From Syntrophobacterales bacterium (lineage in GTDB: Bacteria; Desulfobacterota; Desulfobaccia; Desulfobaccales; 0-14-0-80-60-11), in assembly GCA_020060385.1 (NCBI GenBank), contig JAGVAH010000043.1:24860-88859 (forward strand): DNA of 64,000 nucleotides, in the 5' to 3' direction. Under the pieces are notes generated by a model, which was not told where the DNA came from, searched no databases, and saw only the letters and a list, made by a program, of their open reading frames with translations. This document shows, one piece after another, positions 17,019 to 26,092 of the stretch (its first letter is position 1; every line of letters starts with the position of its first letter). The translations under genes were made by a program, and so were the position numbers.

Positions 17019-17027
17019 GCGGTAGCG
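17019..17027 (+). promoter_or_regulatory. ops-core-like motif GCGGTAGCG
   Basis: Identical to positions 2-10 of the enterobacterial ops element GGCGGTAGCGTG. It lies in non-coding DNA upstream of the NusG paralog. A chance match is possible. Confidence 0.25.
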
Positions 17028-17898
17028 GTGAAGGCTTGCCATTTCGCCTCTTTTCCCTTTTACTTTTTCTCCAAGTTAATTCCTCCGGCTGCTCTGGCGA
17101 TTGGTAGGGGGTCCCTGGGCATCCACGGTCCGGGTGGCGAACGATATGACAACCTCTGGATCGGTCTGATCGCGTGGCTGGACTCTTTATCGGCGGCCAT
17201 GCCCCTGACCAAATTTGAGATATTTCCGGAAGAAGTGGAACTGCGGCGGAAGGTGGCATGACGCCCTACCGCACTGCTGGAGTCTTGCGTCAAACTGTGG
17301 GCGCCCTCCATCCTCCCAGGATACGCGAGGGCCTGGACCCAATATTCCCTACTGGGGGAGCGGGAAAGTCATGGGGCGGGTTGCGGCAAAAAATGTAGGA
17401 GGGGGATATGCCCACCGTCATCGTTTCCCTCAAGTCCTTGCATCTCCAAACCCCGTGCGCCAGGTTGGGGTGGCAGACGCTGGATTTCCCGCGCAGTGAA
17501 GATTACGTCACCCGCCTTTTCAGCCTATCCATGCATCCCTGCCTGCCAAGGATGGGGCAGGAGCGGATAGTCAGGCTTCTCTGTCAGGCCTGGAAAGCAA
17601 TAAGTGAAAGAAATTTAAATATGACAGTCTGTTACCGGTATCTACCCAGACAAGTTAACATGGATGACCAAAATATTAACTTGAGTAAGGTTTCCAGATA
17701 GTTAGTCGTACCCATGCATACATCTAGAATGTAATATAGGAGTTTCTCTACCATTTTGATATTTATTAAAAATTAGTTGGCAGGTATCCATTGGGGAAGA
17801 AGACGTACAAGGTTCTATAGTTGAACTTTGGTGTTATTAACTATCTATATTATCTATTAAAAGCCAATACATGGAAAAAATTTGTTGTAAAAATATAT

Positions 17899-17927
17899 TT
17901 GACAGCTTGATCTTGATCGTCTATATT
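17899..17927 (+). promoter_or_regulatory. near-consensus sigma70-type promoter
   Basis: TTGACA (17899-17904), 17-nt spacer, TATATT (17922-17927), preceded by an A/T-rich tract. Confidence 0.55.
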
Positions 17928-18033
17928 TCAATTTGCTATGATTTGCAAGGGGCCAGAGAAAGTGGTCATGGAATCTTCTTTTGATATCGGGAAGTTATAA
18001 ATCACGGTCATCACGGTGACCGTCGCGGATATC

Positions 18034-18045
18034 GGCGGTAGAACG
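18034..18045 (+). promoter_or_regulatory. ops/JUMPStart-core-like motif GGCGGTAGaaCG
   Basis: The first 8 nt are identical to the ops core GGCGGTAG. It lies about 100 nt downstream of the candidate promoter and about 700 nt upstream of the NusG paralog. Confidence 0.3.
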
Positions 18046-18739
18046 AACCGCTGTTTGTCACTGATTAGGAGCTTTTTAAAAATTTTGTAATCATACGCCC
18101 AAGGACCTCAGCAAGGTTTTCCAGAGGCGTTTGACAGAGAAGGGGTACGTGGCGTTGATGTGTTGCACAACAAAATGAAGCGCTACTCTTTTACCCTCCC
18201 ATTCCCAAGCCCAAAGTCTTTGCTCCACCGAGAACCTGGGAATTTCACCGGGGATTTGCCAATCATAAAAATGAAGTTTAAAGGTAAATCATTCTTGCGG
18301 GGATATACAGGGGATGATTTCTTACTTGCCTTCTTGAAAAAAGGACGATTTGGGGTAAAAAAATATGAGCTTAATAAATGCCTGGCGCCCCGGAGGGTCA
18401 AACTCCCGGGAGGCAGGCATATAGCGAAGGGGAAGATATACAGGAGCAACTGATCAGGGTTGCCCTGCAGTATACTCTTCTGTGCCAGGCTCATCCTGAA
18501 GAGCGGAGAGAGTCGGCTTGGGCAATGGCGATGGCTTCTTTCGTTCCCGGGAGCCTGTATTTTAATCATTTGCTGAATGGAAGTCAGCCGAATTTAGGCG
18601 GCTAGTAAACAGGCAAACTGAGTGTAACCGCCTGATTATTTTAAAGAATTAGTTAGTTATCGTATGTAACTGACGGGGGCGAAGCCTGTCCAGGCTCAGG
18701 AAATTAGGCCTTCTACCCTTTAAGGAAGGGAATGATCCC

Positions 18740-19267
18740 TTGGCGCCAACCGTTTTTTACAGTGCCGAAATTCCCTGGTATGTGATCCATACCTGTTCCC
18801 ATCATGAAATGCGGGTGGAGGAGCGGTTAAGGAAAAAGGGGCTGGAGGTCTTTCTGCCCCGCTTCATCCAGCCAAGCCGTCGCCGTGACCGCAGGCTACT
18901 CCTGCGCACCCCCTTGTTTCCTGGCTACCTCTTTGTACAAGATACGCTGGAGCCAGACACTTACTATGACATCATCAAACTCCCAAGTGTGGTGCGGATC
19001 CTGGCCGGTAGCTGCCGTCTGCAACCGGTGCCCCAGGAAACCATCGAGTCCATCCGCCTGGCTCTAGCTGGCGACCGCCCCTATTACCCTTACCGTTGTC
19101 TGCAAAAAGGCGAACGGGTGCGGGTGGCGGAGGGCCCCTTGGCCGGGGTCGTGGGCAGGATTGTGGAGGCTAAGGAAAAGCAACGTAAATTAGTCATCGA
19201 AGTGGAGCTATTCCGCCGGGCCATGGCCGTGGAACTGGAAAACGAGGCCGTGGAACCATGGCAATAA
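18740..19267 (+). CDS. NusG-paralog transcription antiterminator (RfaH/UpxY/LoaP-like)
   Basis: 175 aa. NGN domain (WYVIHTCSHHEMRVEERLRKKGLEVFLP...PLFPGYLFV) and KOW motif (GERVRVAEGPLAGVVGRI). It is the first gene of the polysaccharide locus. TTG start. Confidence 0.8.
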   Translation: MAPTVFYSAEIPWYVIHTCSHHEMRVEERLRKKGLEVFLPRFIQPSRRRDRRLLLRTPLFPGYLFVQDTLEPDTYYDIIKLPSVVRILAGSCRLQPVPQETIESIRLALAGDRPYYPYRCLQKGERVRVAEGPLAGVVGRIVEAKEKQRKLVIEVELFRRAMAVELENEAVEPWQ

Positions 19268-19370
19268 TCGTGCTTCTTTTTTTACCTCTATAAATAACTG
19301 GTAAAAATAATTTGGGGGCTTTGTTAAACTTTATTGGATTAAACTTTCAATCAAGTATAACGAGGGAACA

Positions 19371-19643
19371 ATGTCGAGAGAAATTAGGATCGTGCCATCT
19401 ATTCTTAGTATTATTGTCATAGCTTCAATAATTTTATCTAAATATTTTAATAAGCCAACTATTTATTTATTAATAATTATTTTAGTATCTATTTTATATC
19501 AATTAAATATCAATAAGAGAAGCGATAAAGAGGTAGATTTAGAAGATAAATTGATTAATTTATCAAAATTTATTATCATTACAGGAGTTGCTGGCTATAT
19601 TGTCGTTAGGATAATTGGTTTATTCTTGCCTGATTTTAATTAA
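19371..19643 (+). CDS. small hydrophobic protein (about 3 TM segments), unknown function
   Basis: 90-aa ORF in a strikingly A/T-rich islet. Ile/Leu-rich hydrophobic stretches. No recognisable family. Confidence 0.4.
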   Translation: MSREIRIVPSILSIIVIASIILSKYFNKPTIYLLIIILVSILYQLNINKRSDKEVDLEDKLINLSKFIIITGVAGYIVVRIIGLFLPDFN

Positions 19644-19753
19644 TTTTACTGTGTAAGATTGTTGAGCTAATAGTGATGAGATAATTCGTTAAATGCTGTT
19701 AATAAAAACATGGAAAGATATATTTTGCTTTTTTAATTACAAACTGGTTTAAT

Positions 19754-20617
19754 ATGAAAATATATTCTTCATTTACCCTGTCTTCTTTTCTGATCACTAA
19801 ATGTCGGTGGTTAGTAATTGTATTATGGTGCCTCCTGATATTCTCTTGTACCTTTCTCAGTAATCGTAATTATGTTCAACAATACTCTGAGTACCGTGGA
19901 GTCAAGAGGGTAGCTCTTTTTGTGCAACGCTGGCCCGCTTACTTGCAGTTGTCCAACCAAGACAATTCCGGGGCCGATTTTATTAAGGAGTCGACTTTTT
20001 TTACCGGTCCCTGGCAACCAGCCGGTTTAATCAACCCCCGGGTGGTGGACGTCCAAAATATCAATGATGAAGTGGTGGAAAATCTTTTCCTCCAAGTTTT
20101 AACCGAAAAAGGTTATCAACCATATGTGGCGGGAGTATTCCCCTCTCAACCCGGCCCGATTACGGTGGCGGAGATCATGTCCAAATGCCAGGCGTTGGAC
20201 CAGGATGTTGACGCTCTTTTATTCTGCTTCTATTCTCCCGGGGCGTTTTGTGCCAAGGCCCAGGCCACCCCAAAGGATCACCAAAAGCGTTCTTATAGTT
20301 TGGAGGAGCTTATCGGGATCTTAAACCCTGGGGGAAATCGGGTTATTTGGGCCGGCCCCCGGGCGGTTCAGGCTCCACCCAACTCCATCAGCCATGCCTT
20401 TATTTATATTTCCCTGACCATGTTCAGAGCCTATGATTGGCGGCCCCTCTGGGAGGCGGCAGACGCTGATACCGGAGGAAGAATGCGAGTAACCATCACA
20501 ACATGCCCCCCGGGGCCCACAGATCAAAATTATTGGGCTGATGCCGCCATCATTCAACGTCTGATGTGCGATAATTTGCGTTGTCGGCTGGAACATTTAA
20601 TCCCTGATGCCTTTTAG
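19754..20617 (+). CDS. hypothetical protein, possible lipoprotein
   Basis: 287 aa. N-terminal hydrophobic segment ending LLIFSC (lipobox-like). No recognised domain. It lies directly upstream of the export protein. Confidence 0.45.
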   Translation: MKIYSSFTLSSFLITKCRWLVIVLWCLLIFSCTFLSNRNYVQQYSEYRGVKRVALFVQRWPAYLQLSNQDNSGADFIKESTFFTGPWQPAGLINPRVVDVQNINDEVVENLFLQVLTEKGYQPYVAGVFPSQPGPITVAEIMSKCQALDQDVDALLFCFYSPGAFCAKAQATPKDHQKRSYSLEELIGILNPGGNRVIWAGPRAVQAPPNSISHAFIYISLTMFRAYDWRPLWEAADADTGGRMRVTITTCPPGPTDQNYWADAAIIQRLMCDNLRCRLEHLIPDAF

Positions 20618-20737
20618 AAGAATTCCCTGCCCTGGGGTAATAGCCTTTGCTATTGAAAATCCTTGCCTAGAAAAATGAGATGGCCCATAATCCGGTTATA
20701 ATTAACGATCTACCTTGATTATGAAAAGAGCGATTTT

Positions 20738-23278
20738 ATGACGGGGAAGAAGTTAATCAGTATTACTTTGTGTATTTTCATTTTGTTACCGCCCACACAG
20801 GGCTGGAGTCAGAAATATGAGGACCAGGCCCAGTTTTATTTGCAGCAGATCGGGCCCCAGGCCCCCACCGGTGCGACCTCCCAAAGGCAGCAAGGGCTGC
20901 CTCAGATAACCCAGCCCAGATCAGAATTGCCCCCCCAGGGGGTTACCCCGTCAGCGCCCGCCCAAATATTGACTACTGCCCCCCGCCAGCCGGAGGAGAT
21001 TTCCCAGGTGGAAAGGCGGGCCTGGGCCCAACGCATGTTTCTGAAACAATTCGGCTACAGTTTCTTTTATCAGCCGCCGGCTTCTTTTCTGCCGGTACAG
21101 GCGGTGCCGGTGGGGCCCGATTATATTATCGGCCCCGGAGATTCCATCAAGATACTCGTGTGGGGAAGCGTCCAGGGGGAATACAGCCTCACCGTCAATC
21201 GCAACGGCCAGATCGATATTCCCAAGGTGGGGGTGGTGCACGTGAGTGGCCTCACCTTCGGGCAATTACGTCAGGTCATGGACCGGGAGTTTGCCCGCCT
21301 CTATACCAATTTTCAAATGAACGTGACCCTGGATAATCTGCGCACCATCCAGGTGTTTGTGGTGGGACAGGCCAGATTTCCCGGGAGCTATGCGGTCTCT
21401 TCCCTGTCCACCCTGGTGAGTGCCTTGTTTGCCGCCGGCGGACCCAGTAAGTCCGGTTCTCTCCGCCATATTCAGGTGCGCCGGGGCGGTAAGGTGGTAA
21501 CCCATTTCGACATGTATGACTTTCTCCTGCGGGGTGACAAGAGAAAGGATATCCGGTTGCAGCCCGAGGATGTCATCTTTATTCCGCCCATCGGCCCGGT
21601 GGCGGGTATCGGCACCCCCAGAAGCATGGAAGAAGTAGGGGAGGCGCTGGCGGCCATGGCCCGGGTTCAATTACAGAAAAGAGCGGAAGAACCCACTTTG
21701 GCACAACCTACTCCTTCTGCACCATCCTCAGCAACGACTTGGCAACAGGAAGAAGACCTGAGAATTTTAAACGGAGGCAAGGGGGAGCGGGGTCTTGCGT
21801 TCAGGCCACAAGGAAAAGCAAGAATACCTCAGAGCTGGTTAGAGCAAGAATTTGGAAGAAATGAGGCTCAGTTTAAAGGTTATTATGGCATTAGCTTGAT
21901 GGACGCGGTGCAAAAACTGGCAATGAGCAAGGGGTTGGATTTCGGAGGAGTGGTTAAGGTACCGGGGATTTACGAACTGAAGAACGAGAAAAGTCTGGGC
22001 GATCTTATAAAGCTGGCCGGAGGCTTGGGGGACACGGCCTTTAAGGGTCGGGTGCAGGTGCTGCGGGTACAGGGCCGGGAAGCCATGGTCCTGTTTGATG
22101 ATGATTTGGCCAAGATCGAATCCGGACGACAAGACTTTCGCCTCGTAGACGGCGATTTTGTGGAAATCTTCCCCGTCCCCGGCCAGGTGGAGAAAAAGGT
22201 GGTGATTGCCGGGGCTGTCAAGAATCCGGGGGAATTCGGGTATCGGGATAATCTGCGGGTCAGTGATTTAGTGGCATATGCCGGCGGCCTATTGCAGCAG
22301 GCCGATAAGAGCCTGGCTGAAATTACCCGGGTGACCGTTACGCCCCAGGGGCCGGAAACTACGCGCCTTAACATCAGACTTTTCGCAGCCTTGAACAAGG
22401 CGTCCCGGGACAATGTGCTCCTCAAGCCCAATGATTATCTCTTTATCCGCACCGTGCCGGATTGGGATATCTATAAAACCGTGGCAATTACCGGCGAAGT
22501 CAAGAGCCCGGGGACCTATGCCATTAAGAAAGGGGAAACCCTGAGTTCGTTGCTGGCCCGGGCCGGGGGCTTCACGGATAGGGCTTATCTATTGGGGGCG
22601 GTGCTCCTGCGGCAATCCACCAGAGAGATTCAGAAGCAGCAATTAAAGGCGGCCATCGACCGTCTGGAAGCGCGGGCAGTAGCAGCCGTCGGCGCGCAAG
22701 CAGCCTCAGGTATCGATACCGATGAGGGCAAACGGGCCGAGATTTTCGGGAAGCAGCAGCAAATGCTGATCGCCTCCTTGAGAAAGGTGGAACCCCTGGG
22801 CAGGGTGGTCATCAGATTGAGTGATCCTGAGCGTCTGCGGGGGACCCAGGAAGATATCGTTTTGCAGGAAGGGGATCAGTTGATGATTCCCCAGGGGCAA
22901 AATACGGTGAACGTCGTGGGGGCGGTCTTTGCGCCCACGGCCCTGGTGTATGCCCCCTATAGGACAGTCAGAGATTATCTCACCATGGCCGGGGGCACCA
23001 CGGAAATAGCCGACGATAAAGAAATCTATGTGATTAAAGTCAATGGCAGCGCCGTAAGCCGCAAAGGGTTCTCCTGGCTGGGAGCCGGCTGGGACGGGAC
23101 CAAATACGCCTTCCATCCAGGGGGTCTCAGATCCATGACCCTCGACCCGGGGGATACCATCGTGGTGCCGGAGAAGGTGGAGCGCATCGCCTGGCTTAAG
23201 GAACTCAAAGATATCGCCACGATTATCGGCCAAATCGCCTTAACCGCCGGAGTGGTGCTGATCGGTCTGAAAAGGTAA
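20738..23278 (+). CDS. polysaccharide export protein (Wza-like Poly_export domain plus multiple SLBB domains)
   Basis: 846 aa with a signal peptide. Contains PGDSIKILVWGSVQGEYSLTVNRNGQIDIPKVGVVHVSGLTFGQL, several SLBB-like repeats (VxVxGxVxxPGxY) and a C-terminal hydrophobic helix. Confidence 0.85.
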   Translation: MTGKKLISITLCIFILLPPTQGWSQKYEDQAQFYLQQIGPQAPTGATSQRQQGLPQITQPRSELPPQGVTPSAPAQILTTAPRQPEEISQVERRAWAQRMFLKQFGYSFFYQPPASFLPVQAVPVGPDYIIGPGDSIKILVWGSVQGEYSLTVNRNGQIDIPKVGVVHVSGLTFGQLRQVMDREFARLYTNFQMNVTLDNLRTIQVFVVGQARFPGSYAVSSLSTLVSALFAAGGPSKSGSLRHIQVRRGGKVVTHFDMYDFLLRGDKRKDIRLQPEDVIFIPPIGPVAGIGTPRSMEEVGEALAAMARVQLQKRAEEPTLAQPTPSAPSSATTWQQEEDLRILNGGKGERGLAFRPQGKARIPQSWLEQEFGRNEAQFKGYYGISLMDAVQKLAMSKGLDFGGVVKVPGIYELKNEKSLGDLIKLAGGLGDTAFKGRVQVLRVQGREAMVLFDDDLAKIESGRQDFRLVDGDFVEIFPVPGQVEKKVVIAGAVKNPGEFGYRDNLRVSDLVAYAGGLLQQADKSLAEITRVTVTPQGPETTRLNIRLFAALNKASRDNVLLKPNDYLFIRTVPDWDIYKTVAITGEVKSPGTYAIKKGETLSSLLARAGGFTDRAYLLGAVLLRQSTREIQKQQLKAAIDRLEARAVAAVGAQAASGIDTDEGKRAEIFGKQQQMLIASLRKVEPLGRVVIRLSDPERLRGTQEDIVLQEGDQLMIPQGQNTVNVVGAVFAPTALVYAPYRTVRDYLTMAGGTTEIADDKEIYVIKVNGSAVSRKGFSWLGAGWDGTKYAFHPGGLRSMTLDPGDTIVVPEKVERIAWLKELKDIATIIGQIALTAGVVLIGLKR

Positions 23279-23287
23279 AGGCTATCG

Positions 23288-24148
23288 ATGCGTCAAAAAA
23301 TGGCAATGCTGGTAACCTGTGCTTGCCTGGGCGTGTTCGGGACCAGCTTGCCCATTTATGCCGGATTGGGTTCCGGCGTCGATAGAAGGTTCAATATGGC
23401 CATGTTCGCGGTGGGGAGCATGGGTTTTTCAGCCTTGGCCTACTATATGTATCACAATAGCCCTGCCCAGCGCTCAAAAGGTTATGAGGAGTCCCTGGGT
23501 TTGGGGGAGTGGTTCCTCGCCGCCTATTCCGGACTTTCGTACCTCCCTTCGACGGACTGGAGCTTCTTTCAGTTTCCTCCCCCCTATAGAGGACGCACTG
23601 CCAAAGATATCGTCTATCAGCCAGGAGTGCTGGCCGGAGTGAAGTTCGGTCGTTATTTTGATGGCCTTCCCTTTTTTGGTATGGAGTTAGAAACCAATTT
23701 TTCCCGTAACGCCATCCGCGGCCAGCAGGTCGCCATTTCTCCTCCTCTGCCGAATGGAAAAAGTTCTTTTTTCTACGGAGCGGACTGGTTCATGATCTGG
23801 AATATGCAGTTCAATCTGTTGGCACGATACGGTTTTCTCAAGGATAAGGAAGTCCCTTTTGGACGGTTACAGCCCTATATCGGCATCGGTCCTGGTTTTG
23901 AGATAATCTACGGGAAAACAGACTCGGCCAAGAACTTTGCCATTGAGACCCTGGCCGGGATACGCTACATGTGCACCAAGAACATCGGCATCTTCTGCGA
24001 ATATAAATTTAGCTATCAGTTTAAGGTAGAATACGAACAAGTTTTGATCGATAAACGACCACCGCAGGGGACGATGTCTTTTGACGTCCCACATTATCGC
24101 TTTGCTTTGGGCGTTTCATATCATTTCAAAAATCTTTTCGGAAATTAG
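23288..24148 (+). CDS. putative outer-membrane beta-barrel protein
   Basis: 286 aa with a signal peptide. Alternating aromatic/Gly beta-strand pattern with Y/F-rich termini (FALGVSYHF). Confidence 0.5.
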   Translation: MRQKMAMLVTCACLGVFGTSLPIYAGLGSGVDRRFNMAMFAVGSMGFSALAYYMYHNSPAQRSKGYEESLGLGEWFLAAYSGLSYLPSTDWSFFQFPPPYRGRTAKDIVYQPGVLAGVKFGRYFDGLPFFGMELETNFSRNAIRGQQVAISPPLPNGKSSFFYGADWFMIWNMQFNLLARYGFLKDKEVPFGRLQPYIGIGPGFEIIYGKTDSAKNFAIETLAGIRYMCTKNIGIFCEYKFSYQFKVEYEQVLIDKRPPQGTMSFDVPHYRFALGVSYHFKNLFGN

Positions 24149-24163
24149 TCTCACTATTCAGAT

Positions 24164-24832
24164 ATGTCAACGATTTTTGCCCTCCCTTTTAAGAGAAGCA
24201 AGTGGTCTGTATTAATAGTGATAGTTTTGATTGTTATTGGCAGTTGGATGGGCAGTATTCCTTTAGTACAGGCCCAGACTTATAAACGAGTTTACAAGAA
24301 TGGGGTCATTTATTATTATTTCTCTTGCCGTGAAAAAGGCGGGAAGGGACAACCTTATTCAAGATCCCATGGCAATAGAATTATCTGGCCCGCAGCCAGC
24401 AGGAAGGTGTCGCCCTTGGAGTTGGAACCTGTGGTCCAGGAGGCCAGCCGCCACTATAACCTGCCCCCGACTCTCATTAAGGCCTTGATCAAGGTGGAGT
24501 CCAATTTCGTTCCTACGGCCACCTCCCCCAAAGGGGCCCAGGGGCTGATGCAATTGATGCCGGGCACTGCTGAAGATTTACAGGTCAAGAATGTTTATGA
24601 TATCAGAGAGAATATCTGGGCTGGTACCCGCTATCTGTATCTGATGCTGGTAAAATTCGGGTATCATTTGCCATTGGCCCTGGCGGCCTACAATGCCGGT
24701 CCCCAGCGGGTCGAAAGACACCAGGATATCCCCCCCATTAAGGAGACCCAAGGCTTCGTTCGGGATGTGTGCGTTAATTTCCTGCAATATAGTCGAGAAC
24801 CCCCCCAAGGCTTGGCAATGGGTAGCCCCTAA
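24164..24832 (+). CDS. lytic transglycosylase (SLT domain)
   Basis: 222 aa. N-terminal anchor, then ES-motif (IKVESNF), GLMQLMPGTA and AYNAGPQRV. Confidence 0.85.
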   Translation: MSTIFALPFKRSKWSVLIVIVLIVIGSWMGSIPLVQAQTYKRVYKNGVIYYYFSCREKGGKGQPYSRSHGNRIIWPAASRKVSPLELEPVVQEASRHYNLPPTLIKALIKVESNFVPTATSPKGAQGLMQLMPGTAEDLQVKNVYDIRENIWAGTRYLYLMLVKFGYHLPLALAAYNAGPQRVERHQDIPPIKETQGFVRDVCVNFLQYSREPPQGLAMGSP

Positions 24833-24845
24833 AAGAAATATTCCT

Positions 24846-26040
24846 CAGTGCAAAATATAGCTCAATATTTTTCTGCGCTTATGCTATAAATAGTCCATGG
24901 AAAAAATCGATGCTCGGTCCATATCTCCCTCAGCACAAGAGCATCTGCGCCACATGGCGGTGAAGGCGGTCATGGGGGGCGCCAAACAAAAAGAAGTTGC
25001 CAAGATGTTGGGAGTGACCCATCACACCGTTTGTCGATGGATAAGAGTTTACAGACACCAAGGGCAGGAAGCCCTCAAGGCCAAAAAGAAGGGCCGCCCC
25101 AGCGGGGGGAAACTCTCCCCCTGGCAGGCCGCCCAAATTGCCAAGGCGGTGGAGGATCATCATCCGGAACAGCTCAAGTTGCCCTTTTACCTCTGGACCC
25201 GGGAAGCGGTGGCCCTCCTCATTGAGCGCCGCTTCGGTGTGCAGGTGTCGGTCTGGACCGTGGGCCGTTACCTGAAGCGCTGGGGCTTTTCCCCGCAAAA
25301 ACCGGCGCAGCGGGACCGGGAACAAAGCCCCGAACAGGTGCGGCGCTGGCTGGAGCACGAATACCCCAGCATCCGCCGGCAAGGCTCAGCAGTATAAGGC
25401 CTTGATCTACCGGGGTGATGAAAAGGGGCTCAGGTCTCATCATGCCGTGGGACGCGCCCATGGCCTCAAAGGCCAGACACCGTTAAACCTGGCCACCGGC
25501 CAATGCTGCGGCTGCAAGATGATTTTCGCCGTTATAACCAGGGTCGTTTAAACTTCATGGCGTTCAAGAAGCGCTTCAATGCCCAGGTGTTTCTGGAGTT
25601 TCCCCGGGGCCTCCTCCGCCGGAGTGATCACCGGGTCTATCTTATTATTGACCGTCACCCGGTGCATCGCTCCCGGGGGTTACAGAGCTGGATCAAGGAA
25701 AAAGAAGCAGGGCTTCGGTTGGTTTTCCTGCCCGGCTACAACCCGGAGCTCACCCCGGATGAATTGCTCAATCAGGATGTCAAGAGCAAAGCCCCGGGGC
25801 GTCAACGCCCCCGGCAACCGAGCAGGGTTGATGGGCAGAGTCAGGAGCTATCTTCGGAGCCCTCAAGGGAAACGGGATATTGTCACCGCATATTTCCAGG
25901 GGGGGCCTGTCCAGTATGCAGCATGAAGGTCAATCAGTTTAATGCTCTGGGTGATAACTTTTTCTTTAGGCTAACAGAGAGCCACGGAATGCGTCTAAAA
26001 GTTTAGTTGTATTGCGCTCGTAAGGAGATACTGCACCGTA
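24846..26040 (+). mobile_element. decayed IS630-family insertion sequence (boundaries approximate)
   Basis: Encloses the frameshifted transposase. Weak terminal inverted similarity (CAGTGCAAAATAT at 24846 versus reverse complement of 26026-26038). The about 1.2 kb size fits IS630. Confidence 0.4.
24897..25926 (+). pseudogene. IS630-family DDE transposase, at least 3 frameshifts
   Basis: The HTH/winged-helix N-terminus is in ORF 24897-25397. The continuation (ALIYRGDEKGLRSHH...GQTP) is in a second frame. The DDE_3 core (NFMAFKKRFNAQVFLEF..IIDRHPVHRS..LPGYNPELTPDE) is in ORF 25503-26006. The C-terminal tail (RSYLRSPQGKRDIVTAYF) is in ORF 25579-25926. Confidence 0.8.
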
Positions 26041-26092
26041 GCCTGGCATCTTAAATAGAAACAGGTAATAAGAGCCAGGAGGTCCTATCAAC

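Noticed and set aside
17362-17370. RNase P RNA-like GGGAAAGTC in the gene-free region
   Set aside because: It differs from the conserved GAGGAAAGUCC, and the other universally conserved RNase P segments are absent nearby.
25503-26006. ORFs 25503-26006 and 25579-25926 as independent genes
   Set aside because: Both are fragments of the same IS630-family transposase reading frame, broken by frameshifts.
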